Positions 12,961 to 27,474 are shown, numbered from the stretch's first letter. The stretch is 64,000 nt of DNA from Octopus sinensis (GCF_006345805.1 NC_043000.1:42780001-42844000); one strand, 5' to 3'. Made by a program: numbers and translations. Notes: a model not told the origin generated them from the sequence alone.

Positions 12961-13840
12961 AAATGTGTGTAACAAACTACGTTGCACTTCACAATAGTTA
13001 CATTATTTCCCATTAACTTACATTTGGAAGCAAAATGATTTATGATTACCTTTTATCTTCCTTAAGGCAAGAATATGTCTTGATAAAATAAAGTAGCGTT
13101 GTAGGAATTTCCCAAATAAATGATTGATCACTGCGACAGGTTATTATTATTATTGAATTATAAATAAGGGTATATGCTTAATATTAACATTTCAACTTTT
13201 AGTGAAAAGTGATGTCGTTATTTATTTTCATTCTATATATTAATTAAGGGAAGACCACATTGATATAATTTCCACATCTAGCGTTAATGTGATTATGTAT
13301 AACATCCCTTTATGCGACATTCATTTTAACTGGACATTTTAACTGCAGAAAAGAAACTAAAGATGTAGATATTAGGTTCTTTTGTATTTCTATGAAATCA
13401 TAATACTAAACCATTCGTTAAATATTCATTATCTCCCGTCCTTGTAAGTTTTGTTTTCAAGACGTCTGTAATCACTTTTCCGTCTAATTATTTTTAATAT
13501 GTAACAATCAAATAATTACTTGTTGTTTAATGTATCCATTTCATTCAGTTACCCCCACCACACTATAATTGTCAGACCACATTTCCATTTTATGCAATTG
13601 ATAAATTATGTTCAGAAAAATCATCGGAAATAAAAGCAGTTTCAAATTGCTAATAGTACCAGCCGGAAACCCACACAAATTGTAATACATTTAAAAGCAT
13701 AAAAGAGACATCAAATGTGGTATACCTCGCTTACAAACATATAAAAAAGCATGATCATGAGTGGAATCGTTTTTATTAAAGGCATGATCAATCAGGATAA
13801 ACCCAGGGTAAAATACAATATCAATATTTGTGAAAGGATA

Positions 13841-14055
13841 AAGCGGCGAGCTGGTATACTCTTTAGCATGCCAACAAAATGCTTAGCGGCATTTCATCCG
13901 TTTTACGTTTTGAGCTTAAATTCCGATGAGGTCGATTTTGCCCTTCGTCCTTTCGGGGGCGATAAAATAAGTACCAGTTGAAAACTGAGATCGATGTAAT
14001 CGACTTATCCTCTCCCCCGAAATTGCTGATCTTGTTCCAAATTTTTAAACCAATA
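13841..14055 (+). mobile_element. Family A SINE (diverged)
   Basis: GCGGCGAGCTGG...AAATTCCGATGAGGTCGATTTTGCCCTTCGTCCTTTCGGGGGCGATAAAATAAGTACCAG. Confidence 0.85.
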
Positions 14056-14445
14056 TTTGTGAGAAGATAAATTCTAATCTTTTCTATGTGCCCCGAATTT
14101 TATTGTTGGCATGCATGAAATAAACTTTCGTCAACGTGAGTCAACGAGCGAGCCTGTACTTGATATTTCAAACAGCAGATTCAACATTATAACCCACAAT
14201 CTTTGAAAGCAGAGTAACATTAGAAATAAGGTGTAAGAATCAATGTATTTGAGAGAAAAACTAGAAGGTCAACTCTAGTGGAATAATTATGATCCTATTT
14301 CTGCAAGTGCCTACAATACACATTGGTAGTTTACGCGGAAACAATTCAGGGACTAAACACGAATGGAATTGAATGCCAAAACCAGCAATTTTTGCAGATT
14401 CTCAATGGCTCAGCAGAGCAAAAGAATAAATTGAGCGTACACACG

Positions 14446-14495
<50 letters not shown>

Positions 14496-14786
14496 TACAC
14501 ACACACACACAAAGTATAAATTATGGTCATTACATATCTTCGCAATGAAGAAAAATATGTAAAGACAATTATTTATACCTTGTATTGTATATCACTCCGT
14601 GTAAAAACCAGTATAACTAGAGCAAAACCGCGGATTTCCAATATAGAATATTGATGAACTATATTATGAGTTCCTGGCACACGGATACACGAAGTTCTTT
14701 ACTAATCTAAAAAATGTTATTAGCCTAGTATACTAACAGAGATCTTATAAAGTACTTTGCAGGGATTATATATACATAAAACTCTG

Positions 14787-14858
<72 letters not shown>

Positions 14859-16658
14859 CACCCTAGTCGCATTTGGTGACAATTATAATTTTCCTTTTTG
14901 GTAAAAGTTTGCAGACTGTGTGTGTGTGTGTGAGTATTGTTATAGAGATTTCCATTTTAAAAATTTCGTTAATTTGCATGCAATTATATAAACCAGATGC
15001 ATTGACATGTCTTCATGGATCATGCTTTCCCAAATTGCTTTAGATGCCTGTGTAGTCACCAGCAGATATAAGTATTGTCTAGGCTATCCCATCCCCCACT
15101 GAACATCATTCAGTATGTAAGTTTCATGCAGGAGCTAACCAGCGTATAACTGGAACTCGTTTGCAGTTGAATAGACGTGAACTACACAAAATGCCTTGTT
15201 GAAGGATAGAACGTGCTGCCTTGTCCATGAATCTTACTCATGAACTTAGGTTTGCTAACCGCCTGGCCGCATCGATTGCTATCATATGACTTACTATTAA
15301 AATACAAGGATTGTAAATATAAATATTTACCTTCTTTAAATTATCAGGTAAACTAATAGAGAGCAAAGCAAATCCTCTTATAGTTAGATTTAAAAAACAT
15401 TTTGAATATCTGTTGGTAGATTTGGCTGATAAATTCTGCAGTTTGTTTGAAAACAATCACCTGATAGATATTCGGAACAAAAAAGAGAAAAAAAAAACAT
15501 CATGCAAAACATTTCTCTTTCGAAAATTCGTTAATGCATTTTAAGAAATATCTGATGGATCTCCGTCGTACAATTATGAGGATTTAGTTATTCCTTCAAA
15601 TGAATTAATTTCCTTTTTTTCCCTTAAATTGTAGTATTAGTGGCTGCGTATACTACGGAAACGTATACATAGTATATATCTCACCGGGAGAGTCAATGTG
15701 ACAACGTGTGAAAAGGATGTCACGTTTCAATTTCTGAATCAATCCACTCAATGGAGTCTTGTAATAACTTTTGTCACTCACAAATTACTAGAGAAATCGC
15801 ACCTGTTCAAAATGACTAGATATCAATCAGTGAGTTTGAACCTGCGACTTCATAATCCGAATTACCTATTTTACCATTCGAAATTACTGCATCTACTTTA
15901 AGCAATATATAAAGAGGAAAATAAAATGATTTAGAGCGAATGCATATAAAAATAAAAGATTAAAATAGTAAGAATTAAGTTAAGAAAAAAGTAAAGCTGC
16001 ATTTGAAATAATTTAATGTATTTGAAAATATATTCTGCTATACGTTTGTCAGTAAGCTTGGAGATTAGAGCGTTCCAATTCTTACCTGCCATATAAAAAT
16101 TTAGTTTTTCATTGCCTACTGGTTCTACATTCATATCTAGGGATAACGTTCGAAATCAAACTAAAGTTGATATCTCCAAAATTGAAATCGTACATAATCC
16201 AATATGCATTTTCGTGTTTAAGGAATTAAGCTATCATATGAGAAATATTTATCAGCCTTCTTTAGTGGCAGTTAAATCTCTGCTTCAATGACGGAGGAGA
16301 AAGAAGTGAAAGAAAAAAGAAATATTTGTAAATAAATAACGAGGTAATATATTCATGAGTTTAAAAACAAAACGACGTTTGGGAAAGACATTTGTTAATT
16401 CTCTTACTTTGCTATGAATTGAGAAATATTCAAATGATTTCTAGAATTCTTATTTTCTATTGTAAATTGAGGAAAAGGGTATCTAATAATGCAAGGAATC
16501 AGCACTGATTCCCTGCATTCTTGGTGGTAAGAACACAGAAGAGATAGGGCATGTTATGAAAGATATATTTAAAATCATATACATGCACGCACACTCATAC
16601 GTACTACGTACGTACATACATAAATACATACATACATACATAAACTTGTGTGAATATA

Positions 16659-17574
16659 CTGGGTGTCCATAAAGTCTCTTTACAATTTAAAACATTGTTA
16701 CAAAGGCAGGTGATGAGATATTTTAACCAGATTTGTTTTATTTTAATTATTGTTTATTCAAGCTGTTATTGATATTAATTTTTTGTGTTTCAGATACTCT
16801 GTTGATGGAAGGGAACTGATTCACTGAACCCCTATAAAATGAAGATGAAGCATTCCTCAAACAAGTTTGTTTTAGTGATGAGGCGACTTTACATGTTTCA
16901 GGGAAATTAAACAGACACAATTTAAGAATTCTGGGATCATGACACACCCATGTGACTAGGGAACTTCAACGGGATAGTTCGAAAGTGAATGTGTGGTGTG
17001 GAATCATGTACAATCGAACAATTGGTCCATTTTTCTTCAACGAGGCAACAATTACTGCAGATGTTTACCGCAACCTTCTGACCGAATATGTGGCACCACA
17101 ACTGATTGATTTACAACCAACCATTATTTTCCAGCAAGATGGTGCACCACCACATTGGGGACGGCATGTTCGTCAGTTCCTCAATCAAACATTTCCAGAC
17201 AGATGGATTGGAAGAGATGAACCAATTCCATGGCCACCGCGTTCGCCAGATATCACTCCATTGGACTTCTTTTTATGGGGTTATGTAAAAGATATCGTGT
17301 ATCAAACAAAGATACGGGACATTGCTGACTTGAGGCAAAGGATTCGTAATGCCATTGCCACTGTTGATGAGGCTATCCTACAGCGAACATTGCAAGAAAC
17401 CGAGTACCGTCTTGATGTGCTTCGCGCAACTAATGGTGCCCATATTGAGGTCTATAAAATAACAGTTTAAAAAACTTTAATAAACAATTATTACAATAAA
17501 TCTAGTTAAGATATCTTGTCAACTGCCTTTGTAATAAAATTTTTAAATTGTAAAGAGACTTTATGGACACCCTC
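16659..17574 (+). mobile_element. rosa/DD41D Tc1-mariner element, internally deleted, with ~75-bp TIRs
   Basis: TIRs CTGGGTGTCCATAAAGTCTCTTTACAATTTAAAA / TTTTAAATTGTAAAGAGACTTTATGGACACCCTC; TA on both sides; CFSDEA...FQQDGAPPH...WPPRSPDITPLD with 41 residues between the second and third D. Confidence 0.93.
16952..17470 (+). pseudogene. C-terminal catalytic fragment of the DD41D transposase (no HTH domain, upstream stop)
   Basis: 172-aa ORF with KVNVWCG, IGPFFF, FQQDGAPPH, WIGR, WPPRSPD, DFFLWGYVKD. Confidence 0.9.
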
Positions 17575-17580
17575 TATATA

Positions 17581-18350
17581 CAGTCATCCTCAAAATTAGT
17601 CATACCCTTGTTAATTGTTTTGATTCTTCATTTTTGTTATGGAATGGATGCATTTTGTTAGGTTTGTTTACGAGTTATATGTGACCAACAACTGAAAGAA
17701 TAACAACAATAAACAATTCAAGAAATTCTTTATTTCAGGGGTATTTTATTCGTGGATTTTCGAAAAGTGCCATGTTCAAAATAATTCATACCCTAGGTTT
17801 ACTGAGACCAATATCTTTCCTTAATAGTCAATAGCATAGCCTTTGTATTTTATGACTGCTTATAGACTATTCTTGTACGTGTTTACTGGCTTTCTGCATG
17901 TCTCCTGTAGGATGTTGGCTCACTCTTCCTTGGCGAAAGCCTCGGTCTGGATCAGGCTGGTCGGTTACCTAGCCATCACTCTGGTCTTCAAGTTTCCGAT
18001 CGGATTCATATCAAGACTCTGAATTGGCCATTTTAGGACGTTGACATCATTGTCCTTGAACCATTTCTTCACTAGCTTGGTGGTATGTTTCAGATCATTG
18101 TCCTGTTGGTACTTCCAGTTGTGGCCAAGTTGGGGTTTCTCAGCAGATTCCTTCACGTTTTCATTAAGGATCCTGATGTAATACTCCTTTCCCATGATTC
18201 CTTGGACCTTGGCAAGGTTTTCTGTGCCGCTGGAAGAGAAGCATCCCCATAGAATTATATTTCTACCCTCATGATTGACAGTAGACACAGTGATCTACGG
18301 ATTGTTTGCTTCGCCTTTCTTCTTCTAGACGTATTTAGCATCAATACTGG
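17581..18350 (-). mobile_element. Tc1 (DD34E-type) transposon fragment with an IR/DR-type right end
   Basis: ORF 17965-18288: TVNHEGRNIILWGCFS...YQQDNDLKH...LKWPIQSLDMNPI; end TA-CAGTCATCCTCAAAATTAGTCATACCCT with inner direct repeat TTCAAAATAATTCATACCCT near 17775-17794. Confidence 0.85.
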
Positions 18351-18894
18351 ACAGTTCTTCGTTGCTGTGAATGTGCTGTTTTCTGGTGGTGGTCCCAATA
18401 TAAGGTGCACCATATTTACAGTAGACAACTTCTAATTACAGTTAGGCCCTCGAGCATATTTTGAAGTTGTTGATGGGGCAAATATTGTGTAACCCACAGT
18501 ATGATTTCCAGACGGAGATTTCCAGTCCAACATTGTATGTATGGGGGCACACGCACACACACATAAACTCATACATACATACACACACACATACACACAC
18601 GCACAGAGTTATTTGTGTTGTATCTATATCTGCATATTTATCTATTTTACATAAATACCAATAAATTATAGGTATGTATATATGTATATACATATATACA
18701 TATGTGTGTGTGTGTGCGCGCGCGTATGGTTATACGTGTGTATATATATGATCGTATATATGTTAATGTGTAAGGGTGTATGTGTGCCTGCCTTGTAAAG
18801 TCATAACGAATTATTGACTGTTAGACTACATGTGAAAGGGAATCGATATTTATAGATAGTTTGATCTAGAAACTTCTGAAGAGATCCTTTATCT

Positions 18895-19140
18895 TTATAT
18901 TATTTTAGTTATTAGACTGTGACCATGCTGGAACATTACCTTGAAGAATTTTAGTCGGAAAAATCGACCCCAGGGTGTTTTTGGCGAATCGCTAAGTTTA
19001 GGTGTCTTAAGCACAACAATCCCGGTTGTCAAGCGGAAATAAAGGACAAAGACAGACAGACAGACGTGCGCGCGCGCAAAATCACACACATATACACACA
19101 AGCACACTTACATACATAGTTCATATATACGTAGAAACAC

Positions 19141-19175
<35 letters not shown>

Positions 19176-19320
19176 CGTACATACATACATACGACGGGCT
19201 TCTTAACAAAATTCGGCCCGAGTCTACAGAAGGCACTTTCGTAAGGTGCCATGAAATGGGACTGAACGCGTGACCATATAGCTGAGAAGCAAATTTATTA
19301 CCACACAGCCACTCCTGCAG
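18895..19320 (-). mobile_element. tRNA-derived SINE family B (diverged copy)
   Basis: Homologous to 19351-19730 and 43038-43484, including ACCACACAGCCACTCCTGC and the internal (CA/TA)n tract. Confidence 0.8.
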
Positions 19321-19350
19321 TCTTTAATATATAACCCATTTGCAGTATAG

Positions 19351-19730
19351 TTTACTCTTTTACTCTCTTTACTCTTTTACTTGTTTCAGTCATTAGACTG
19401 CGGCCATGCTGGAGCACCGCCTTTCGTACTTATTCTATCGGTGTCTTTTGCCGAACCGCTAAGTGACGGGGACGTAAACACACCAGCATCGGTTGTCAAG
19501 CAATGCTAGGGGGACAAACACAGGCACACAAACATACGCACACACACATATATATATATACATATATACGACAGGCTTCTTTCAGTTTCCGTCTACCAAA
19601 TCCACTCACAAGGCATTGGTCGGCCCGGGGCTATAGCAGAAGACACTTGCCCAAGATGCCACGCAGTGGGACTGAACCCGGAACCATGTGGTTGGTAGAC
19701 AAGCTACTTACCACACAGCCACTCCTGCGC
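19351..19730 (-). mobile_element. tRNA-derived SINE family B, near full length
   Basis: Minus head GCAGGAGTGGCTGTGTGGTAAGTAGC...GGTTCAGTCCC (A/B boxes), internal microsatellite, tail GACTGAAACAAGTAAAAGAGTAAAGAG. Confidence 0.9.
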
Positions 19731-20506
19731 CACTCCTCCTGGATCGCTTTTATTTTCTTTAGTAGTAACTGTAAAGACTTGAGCTATGAGATATGCTCTT
19801 TATATTCCATTTTGCATATATTATGGATAAGGACCACAGTATGTCATGTGTAGTTCTTTCATTTTAAAGGATGAAAGGATTTGATTTGATCAAGCTTTCG
19901 GTACTATCTCTAGCAAATATGGAAAGTCCGGTGAAATTTGTGTAAATACTTTAGTTATTATTATAAAACGTAGTTTGTTATCATCTCTGAGAGTTAAGTA
20001 TATGTGTGTAACATGGATATACACATACACATGCGTGCGTACATGCACACTCTCACGCATGTGTGTGTGTATACACACACACATATATATACACGTGTGT
20101 ATAAGTATTGTGTTTGTGTGCATATCTGTATCTATCATGTTGCCATATTTCGATAGATATATTGGAAGTTTTATCTCACTTATCATAAAAGCCTTCCAGG
20201 AATTAAAAGATCTTTTAACGAGAATTTGGCAAAAGTGACTTTGCCGACGTAATAATCAATGAACCGATAATACTAATCAAAGGATAATTCCATGGCTGAA
20301 AATAGAAAAATAATGATTTTTATCAGGCAGATAATGGATGAGGACCATATGATGCATTATTTTAAATATCGATAATCCAAGGACAGCATTATAGATTTAA
20401 AGAACAGTACATTTTATAAAGGTACAAACGAGAGTTTATGGTTGTTAGAAAGAGATAGTGTCAGTCCATTGCTCTAAGTAGTTTACAATAGTTAAAGGTA
20501 ATTTAC

Positions 20507-20928
20507 CAATTCATGTATAATCTTTTTCTTGGTCGCGCTACTTTCGTGGATTCCTAAGACTTTCTGTTATCATCCAAATTCATTATTTTGAATTTGAATT
20601 TGGAGCTTGAGTTATTGTGAATCATTAGCTGATTACACAGCCATGGACGCCGCCCCTGTGGATGCGTTTCAATTACTCTATCGATAGGGCTTGGTGACCT
20701 AGAATGTTGATGTTTTAGAATTCTTCCGCTTAGCATCAACATAAGAAGCGCCGTTGGCTCACTTGAGCTGTTCAGCTGTCTCATCCCAATTCACCATTCT
20801 GCAGTCTCATGACTTCGCTGTATCCGTCGCAGAGTGGTTGAGTGAGGGTTATACCTAGCCAATGGACGATCCGTAACTATGCAGCTCAGTTCGTCACTCC
20901 ATGAGATATTTTAAAAGTACACGCATAC
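20507..20928 (-). other. Candidate non-coding exon or conserved non-coding island
   Basis: Non-repetitive and more GC/CpG-rich than flanks; minus-strand acceptor TTTTATCTCTTATGCATTTTAG|G at 20929/20928 and donor TTG|GTAAAT at 20507/20506; all three frames closed soon after the acceptor. Confidence 0.3.
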
Positions 20929-21996
20929 CTAAAATGCATAAGAGATAAAACTGAATATTAATATCTTAATTTGTATATGTTAGTGGCAGACACAGGAACA
21001 TATCCATAATATACACAGAACTCAGAGTCTGGGGAGTTTCATCAAGCGATAATCAGCTTGAGCAGCTGCAAATTGTAATTAATTATTATCATTGCAAGAC
21101 TTTTAAACAGAAACCATGTTTTTCTTATTATTATTGTTCCTCTTGATAATGCTATCGAGTGCCAAGTAAGACTTGCTCGAGCGCACCGATGACGACAAAT
21201 GTCCCATTCATGAACAAACTTATTTTTCCAGAAAATAGCATACGGGTTTAATCTATCCAATGTTTTCAACGCATTTTTAAACGCCAGTATGTGGTTGAAT
21301 TTTTTACAGATCAAGTAGAGGTTCCGTTATTGGCTTGTAGAAGCTAGCTTGATGTTGCATATGTTTATTACGAGAATCAATCGAGTAGTAATAGTAATAT
21401 TATCATAAACGCTCCACCGGTTTTAATCAGGTTTTTTGTACTGGCAGAGTGTACTCAGAACTGCTTTCCCCGATATATTTTACTTCTTTTAATAGGATAG
21501 AATATGATTCATAAGAAATTCGGTGGCTATTTCTATCAGTTGGTGTGATCCTGTATAGGTCACCTTCATTGGCTTACAGAAGCGGATATCTATTGGTGTA
21601 TTGAAATATAGAAGCCAATATCTAAGATATTGGTAATGTGAAATATTACATCACGAGATAGCATTACAAATCAACTTAAACTCGGTGTAAAACTTTGTCA
21701 TGTGAATTACAACGAACACCTGCTTTCTAAAATATTTTACCGAGGAAATTGTATACACTGCATAAATATTCTTACTGCTTAAGGGCTTCTTTATTTAAGA
21801 GATATAGCATATTTCACCGATTCTACGTCAAAACAGAACATTAACTCTGAAATAACCAATAAATCTGGCAACACCATAATTACATTCATATCTTGTCAGC
21901 CTTCCCAATTATGAAAGAGTGTACCATTGTGTTTGTACGATGCCTCATTCTCTCTCTCTTTCTCTCTCACTCACACACGCACTCTCTCTCTCTCCC

Positions 21997-22040
<44 letters not shown>

Positions 22041-22259
22041 ATATGCATGAATCGTCATAACGTGCTAGATTTTGTGTTTTACGTGTGTGCATTGGTAGGT
22101 GTTTGTATGCGATACAGCAGATTCCGGGGAGTCAACTTGTAAAGGGAAAATTAAGTTACTCTTTCCCTCTTGAGACACAACGCAGTGCTTTGGGCAAGTG
22201 TCACAGCATATCTTACGTTATATTCCAGGGTTATAATTTTCCCAAACATCCTTCTAGTT

Positions 22260-22500
22260 ACTTCCTATCATGTAAATCCCACCGCTGATTGTCTAGTGAC
22301 GACCGGCGCAGAAGACTTACATTCGGGAGCTCCTAGTCAGGAAATGACACGGAAGCAGCACTTGTATGAATGGAAGTATTATGACTGGAAACATCTGGCT
22401 TTGCTTACAATGCATCGGAAAATGGCGAGCGAAAAAAAGTACCTGGAACGTAGTCTGCGGCAGCTTTCTCGAACACACGCTTTACCCTTCATTGATGTTT
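22260..22500. promoter_or_regulatory. Candidate promoter or first-exon island
   Basis: YY1-like AAAATGGCG (22419-22427), ETS-like CAGGAAAT (22338-22345) and CGGAAG (22350-22355), minus-strand GTAAGT donor at 22320-22315, CpG-enriched. Confidence 0.25.
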
Positions 22501-24986
22501 GATAACGAATGCATAACAATCGTTCATGTTGCTTAAATGTAAATCAAATCTAATCAAGTGGAACATATGGTCAAAATTATGTTAGTCATGTCACTTTTGG
22601 CTTTGTTTGGATAACAAGAATCACACTGTCTAATGTATGTATTTCTTAAGTTCAAATGGATGAAGCGTATTTTGAAGAATATTTCGCCACTCTTTCTGGC
22701 AGGTCATGCAACCAGATGGAGCCCCATGTGTTCATCGCATTTACAAAAGTATAAACATTTGATATTAAAGATGTTTTCTGACTATGTTGCATGTATATTT
22801 AATACATAGCATCTGCCAAAGATAAATATGTCAAAGCCAGTTAAAATATTAGGGCGATATTCAATGCAGTTTCATCCTTTTGGGGTTGATAAAATAAAAA
22901 GAGTATTGGGGTTGATATAATGGACTTCCCCTTCACTCGAAACCGCGGCCTGTATGTCAAAATTTGAAACCAATAATACTTTTGATATAGAATATATCAA
23001 TTGGAGTTTTAAATTTTTATTGACATCTGTATATCTTCTCGAATGTAATGATTTCTTTAATTCCTTAGTTCCCAAATTAGTTCCCAAATAATTAGAATCT
23101 AAATACGAAGTTGTTTATAAAAAAAAATTCTTTATTTAAACTTCAGCATTTATTTTACATAGTGATTGTACTCGGTGTTATAAACGAAAAGAAAATCTTT
23201 TCATTTCTAACACCTAGTACAATCACTCACAATACATAATATTCCACTTGTTATGATATCACTCTTACATTAATGATGATTTCTTGTTAACAGTATTTTC
23301 TTTGAACTGCATTTTACTTGATACCTGACAATAAAGAAAGAGCATTCTTACACTCACTCTGCGTCCAAGATGATAAAATGTATCAAAGATTATTTTCAAA
23401 TAGTTGTTTATAATCAATGGTTTCTGTATTTCCATTAACTTTTCATATATCGGAATATTTACTAGTTTTCTTTACTCAGCTTGAGATATGTTTTCAGATG
23501 TTGACATATTGCATATCCACATAAATTAGAAGCCAACAAAAGAATCCAGCATTCACATTACTTTATTTGCAGCTGCAACACGTAGCAAAAGTTTCTGAAT
23601 AAGATTCCATCATTATAGAATGCTTTTACGCAAATTCATTCTAATTTTACGTGTAGTGATGGTAAAAAGAAACTATTATACTTCATTCGGAAAAAGAAGC
23701 TTTAATAACATTTTATCAATCTAGCGAAATCTCATCTCTTTGTGATACATTTTCTATTTGAAATTTTGTCTTTCATCTTATGCCACAGACATGTAAAATG
23801 ATGAACTTTTTCTACATTACTGAGACGCTGGTCAGATAATATAGTAATATATTATGAAACTAGTTACAGGAAACGGACAAACGAGAGTTCATTTGCATTA
23901 TCGTTCAAATTGCTTTAATTAATAACCAAATATCTCCCAAATTACACTTTATCCTCTGTAAGATAAAGAGTATAAACTGGATGAGGTGGTCCCTTATATA
24001 AAACAAAGACAAGATAGTGTCAGTGGAAAGTACTTTGACTATAATCTATTGTTCATTTGAGATTCAGAAGTAAATCTAGGGATCGGCAACAAATGTAGAT
24101 ATGACTGTGAATGCGTTTAAGGCCACACGGAACAACCAATTTTATTCGTTATGATTAGAATTTGCAAGAGCTCAATTTGTTGTAATTGTTATTCTTCCCA
24201 AATCGAACGGTGAAAATAGTATCAATTATATTCAGGCTGTGGACGTACATTATTTAGAAGAGCTCTTTCTTTGTTAAGACAATAGGCAGTGATTTAGAAG
24301 AGATTTGTTATATGTTGCCGTATCGAACAACATAGTCTTACGAATACTAAAAGACAGTAGGGTAGTCATGATTTGAATGCTTTTGATCATAACGGGCTTG
24401 TCTGATCAATGAAAACCGACTAAACTAGAATGCGCTCTAACTAATCACCATATCCAATGCAGCAGAAAATCCAATATCAGTACCAAATACGCTATCTTTA
24501 AGACAGTTATACAGATTATCTTGTAGATAATAGAATATGAGGTGGTTACGGAACATATAATCTATTCTTTTATTTAATAATCGGTTCCTTTATGGACCAT
24601 ACATAGTAGTTTAATGCTTCTCTTCGAAGAATCCATATACAAATCTCCAATCATAAGCTATTAATGGAATTCCAATTTCTTCAATATTTATGTAATATAT
24701 GAATTATCTTTGCTAGAGAATTGCATAAGAACTTTCTATAATCCAATCATACTAATATAAATTCTTCTTCGTGACATAGAAAGATTTTAAGAAGAAAGGT
24801 ATATTATTTAGACAAAAAAACATATTGTAAGCATTATTTATTTTGGCGAAGGTCAGAGTATATTACAAATTAAAATCTTGAGATTATATTCATAATTTTC
24901 AATCAATATTTCGATAAAGAAATCCAAAATACCCCAGTTGCCAATTCACTTTCTCTTCCCCATTTTCTCTCTCTCACTCTGCATAT

Positions 24987-25056
<70 letters not shown>

Positions 25057-25097
25057 ACTTAAACATACATATACATATATACACGCAGTCACGTTAT

Positions 25098-26330
25098 TTA
25101 TGCATAAAATGTTCGTTTAGGCAGCCTGCTGTCTTTTATTCTAACAACATGACCAGTCCAACGCATCTTGTTCACAATTACTCTTTTCTCAATGTAGATG
25201 CTACCAGCTCTCTCAGAAACAACAAAATCAAATATGTAAGAGGACCACTCGATGTTCAAGATGCGCGAGATACAATGATGACGAAACCTTTGCAACTACT
25301 TAATATGATGCCAATAAGTTTACCACGTTTCATATTCGTATAATATAGCTTTAAAAACACAGGTACCGTACACAGGAAGCTTCGTAACTCTCGTGATAAC
25401 CCGGTCCGAGCAGACTCACTGCTCGAGCTTCCCGAAGACAGCACTAGATTTCACAATCCTATGATTTATTTCAGTGTCTATGGTAAAATCTCTACTAAGT
25501 GTACTTCCAAGGTACAAATGAGTTCAAATAATTTCCCTCCCACGAAAATGTTAGGCTCCACATACGCTTCCCCCATTGACGGAGTGTACATGATACTATC
25601 TATTTTAAGGATTGCAGGAATTAGAGAATGTGTTCAATATTGTCTGTTTGTCTTTCTCTGAATAAACCACAAAATCCACATCATCATAAAGATACATTAT
25701 GAGTGCCAAATGTTAAAATCGTCTAAGATTAAAGGCTTTGCCAGAAGTTCTCAATCGAAAGTACCCAGCAAATTCGAAGTCTTACGTAAGAAGCACGGCA
25801 AAGTATAAGGAGAACGGAGTGGGTGTTGAAATGTCGCCTTGTTCCACACTGTTCTTCAGTGGAATTAGCTCTGAAAGTGTTCGACTGAAGTTCACTTTTC
25901 CCCTTAAGTCTTGAATCGTTTTGAATATTCCAACAAATTCAAAAGATTACCTAACTTCCCCGAAATGATAGATATGATGAATAATCCAACCGTCCATGAA
26001 TTAATCACAGGGAAAAGCTCCAGGATTGCATTGGATACCTGTTGAGCTGATTCGCCTTGGAGGAGATAAAGTTGCTATGGTCAGTAATGCGCTGGTTATA
26101 TCTTGTATTGCATGGTGAGTCTGTCCCGCAAGACTAGGCGGATGCATATATGCTTGGGTTAACTAAAGTAAATATTACAACTTTGAATGTCATAATTACC
26201 AAGGTGAATGTTTTCTTAATTCGGCAGGAAATGTTTTCTACATGATTTAGCTGAATCACTAAACAAAATCAATTTGCCTTGGTACCATCCCCGAGACTCA
26301 GTTTCGATTTTGAAGTGGGTGGTGTACTAT
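25098..26330 (-). mobile_element. RTE-clade LINE fragment (decayed RT and C-terminus)
   Basis: QRFRHHCISRILNIEW...MRWTGHVVRIKDSRLPK matches the RTE C-terminus; NSVEQGDISTPTPFSLYF near 25800-25860 resembles the RT GVKQG motif. Confidence 0.8.
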
Positions 26331-27298
26331 GGACATGGTTATTTCAGCCCACCAGAAAAGGAGAAATGTATTGAACATATATGTATGCATATATGTCTGT
26401 GTGCGTTGTGTTTGTGTGTGTGTGTACAGAATATAGAAGAAAACTAATAGGTATGTACTATGAATGCTTAAGTTTACTACTGAAAGTCCCACTTGAACTA
26501 CGATTGAAAATGTGGTGTTTAGACTGCCTATCAGAGGCTGCTAGGACTGGTCTTTCCTGGAGCATGTAGATATAGATTAGACCTAAGCGTTTGGCATAAC
26601 TCGAACAGGACATTTAATTTAGATGGAGGATTTAAATATACAAAGTCTCTTACGGCAATTTCTAAAATAGACAAACATGTGGATCATATATATTCAGTAA
26701 GGATTCCATAAGCTGAGTAACTGTCATCTGAGAGGAAGCAGACAAAGAGATGTGAAAATAAGGAAATATCTACAATCGCGTATAGTAGTATATTCCAGTT
26801 TCTCAAAAATAGAAGAATGAGGTTAAAAGAGGTATCTATTCGGTAGTTCCATGATCGGATAGTTAATACAGTTATAGACAATGGCCATTAGCAGTTTCAA
26901 ATGATATATAATGTATATATATAATTACAGATGTGTGTGTGTGTGAGTGTGTATCAAATTTAAAGATATTTCGGGTTTCTTTTGCCGGGAATAGCTTGAT
27001 ATATTTGTGAGCAGCCAGCAGCGTTGGAAAGCATCAATAATTTTAATACGCCAACTTGTTCTTTTTGTACATACCTGTGGTGTGTGTCACAGTTACTTCA
27101 AAAGAAGAAGTGAGTGGCAAAGCGAAAGAGAGAGCAGGAAAGGGAGGAAGTAAGAGAGACAGTGAGAAAGAGCGATATAGGGAGAGAGAAAGACAGAGGG
27201 AGTGAGAGAGAAATAAAGAAATTGAGAGAGTGAAAGAGACAGGGAGTGATGATGGCGTTCGTTTTGTGTTTTTAAATATTTATCACATCACAAGAAAG

Positions 27299-27474
27299 GT
27301 AGGTACATAGATCGAAAGAAAAGTTGATACATAGATACATACACACATTGTTAAATTAAACGCGGGAGAAAGGAAGGACACAGAAGAAGTGAAAGAGAAA
27401 GAAAATGAGAAAGACAGTAGATACATAGATGGAAAGAAAAGTTGATACATAGATACATAGACACATTGTTAAAT
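27299..27474. repeat. ~58-bp direct repeat (27299-27356 / 27417-27474)
   Basis: GTAG(G/A)TACATAGAT(C/G)GAAAGAAAAGTTGATACATAGATACATA(C/G)ACACATTGTTAAAT occurs twice. Confidence 0.9.

Noticed and set aside
22170-22502. 110-aa non-repetitive ORF as a protein-coding gene
   Set aside because: No recognisable domain, non-ATG start, no supporting coding exons
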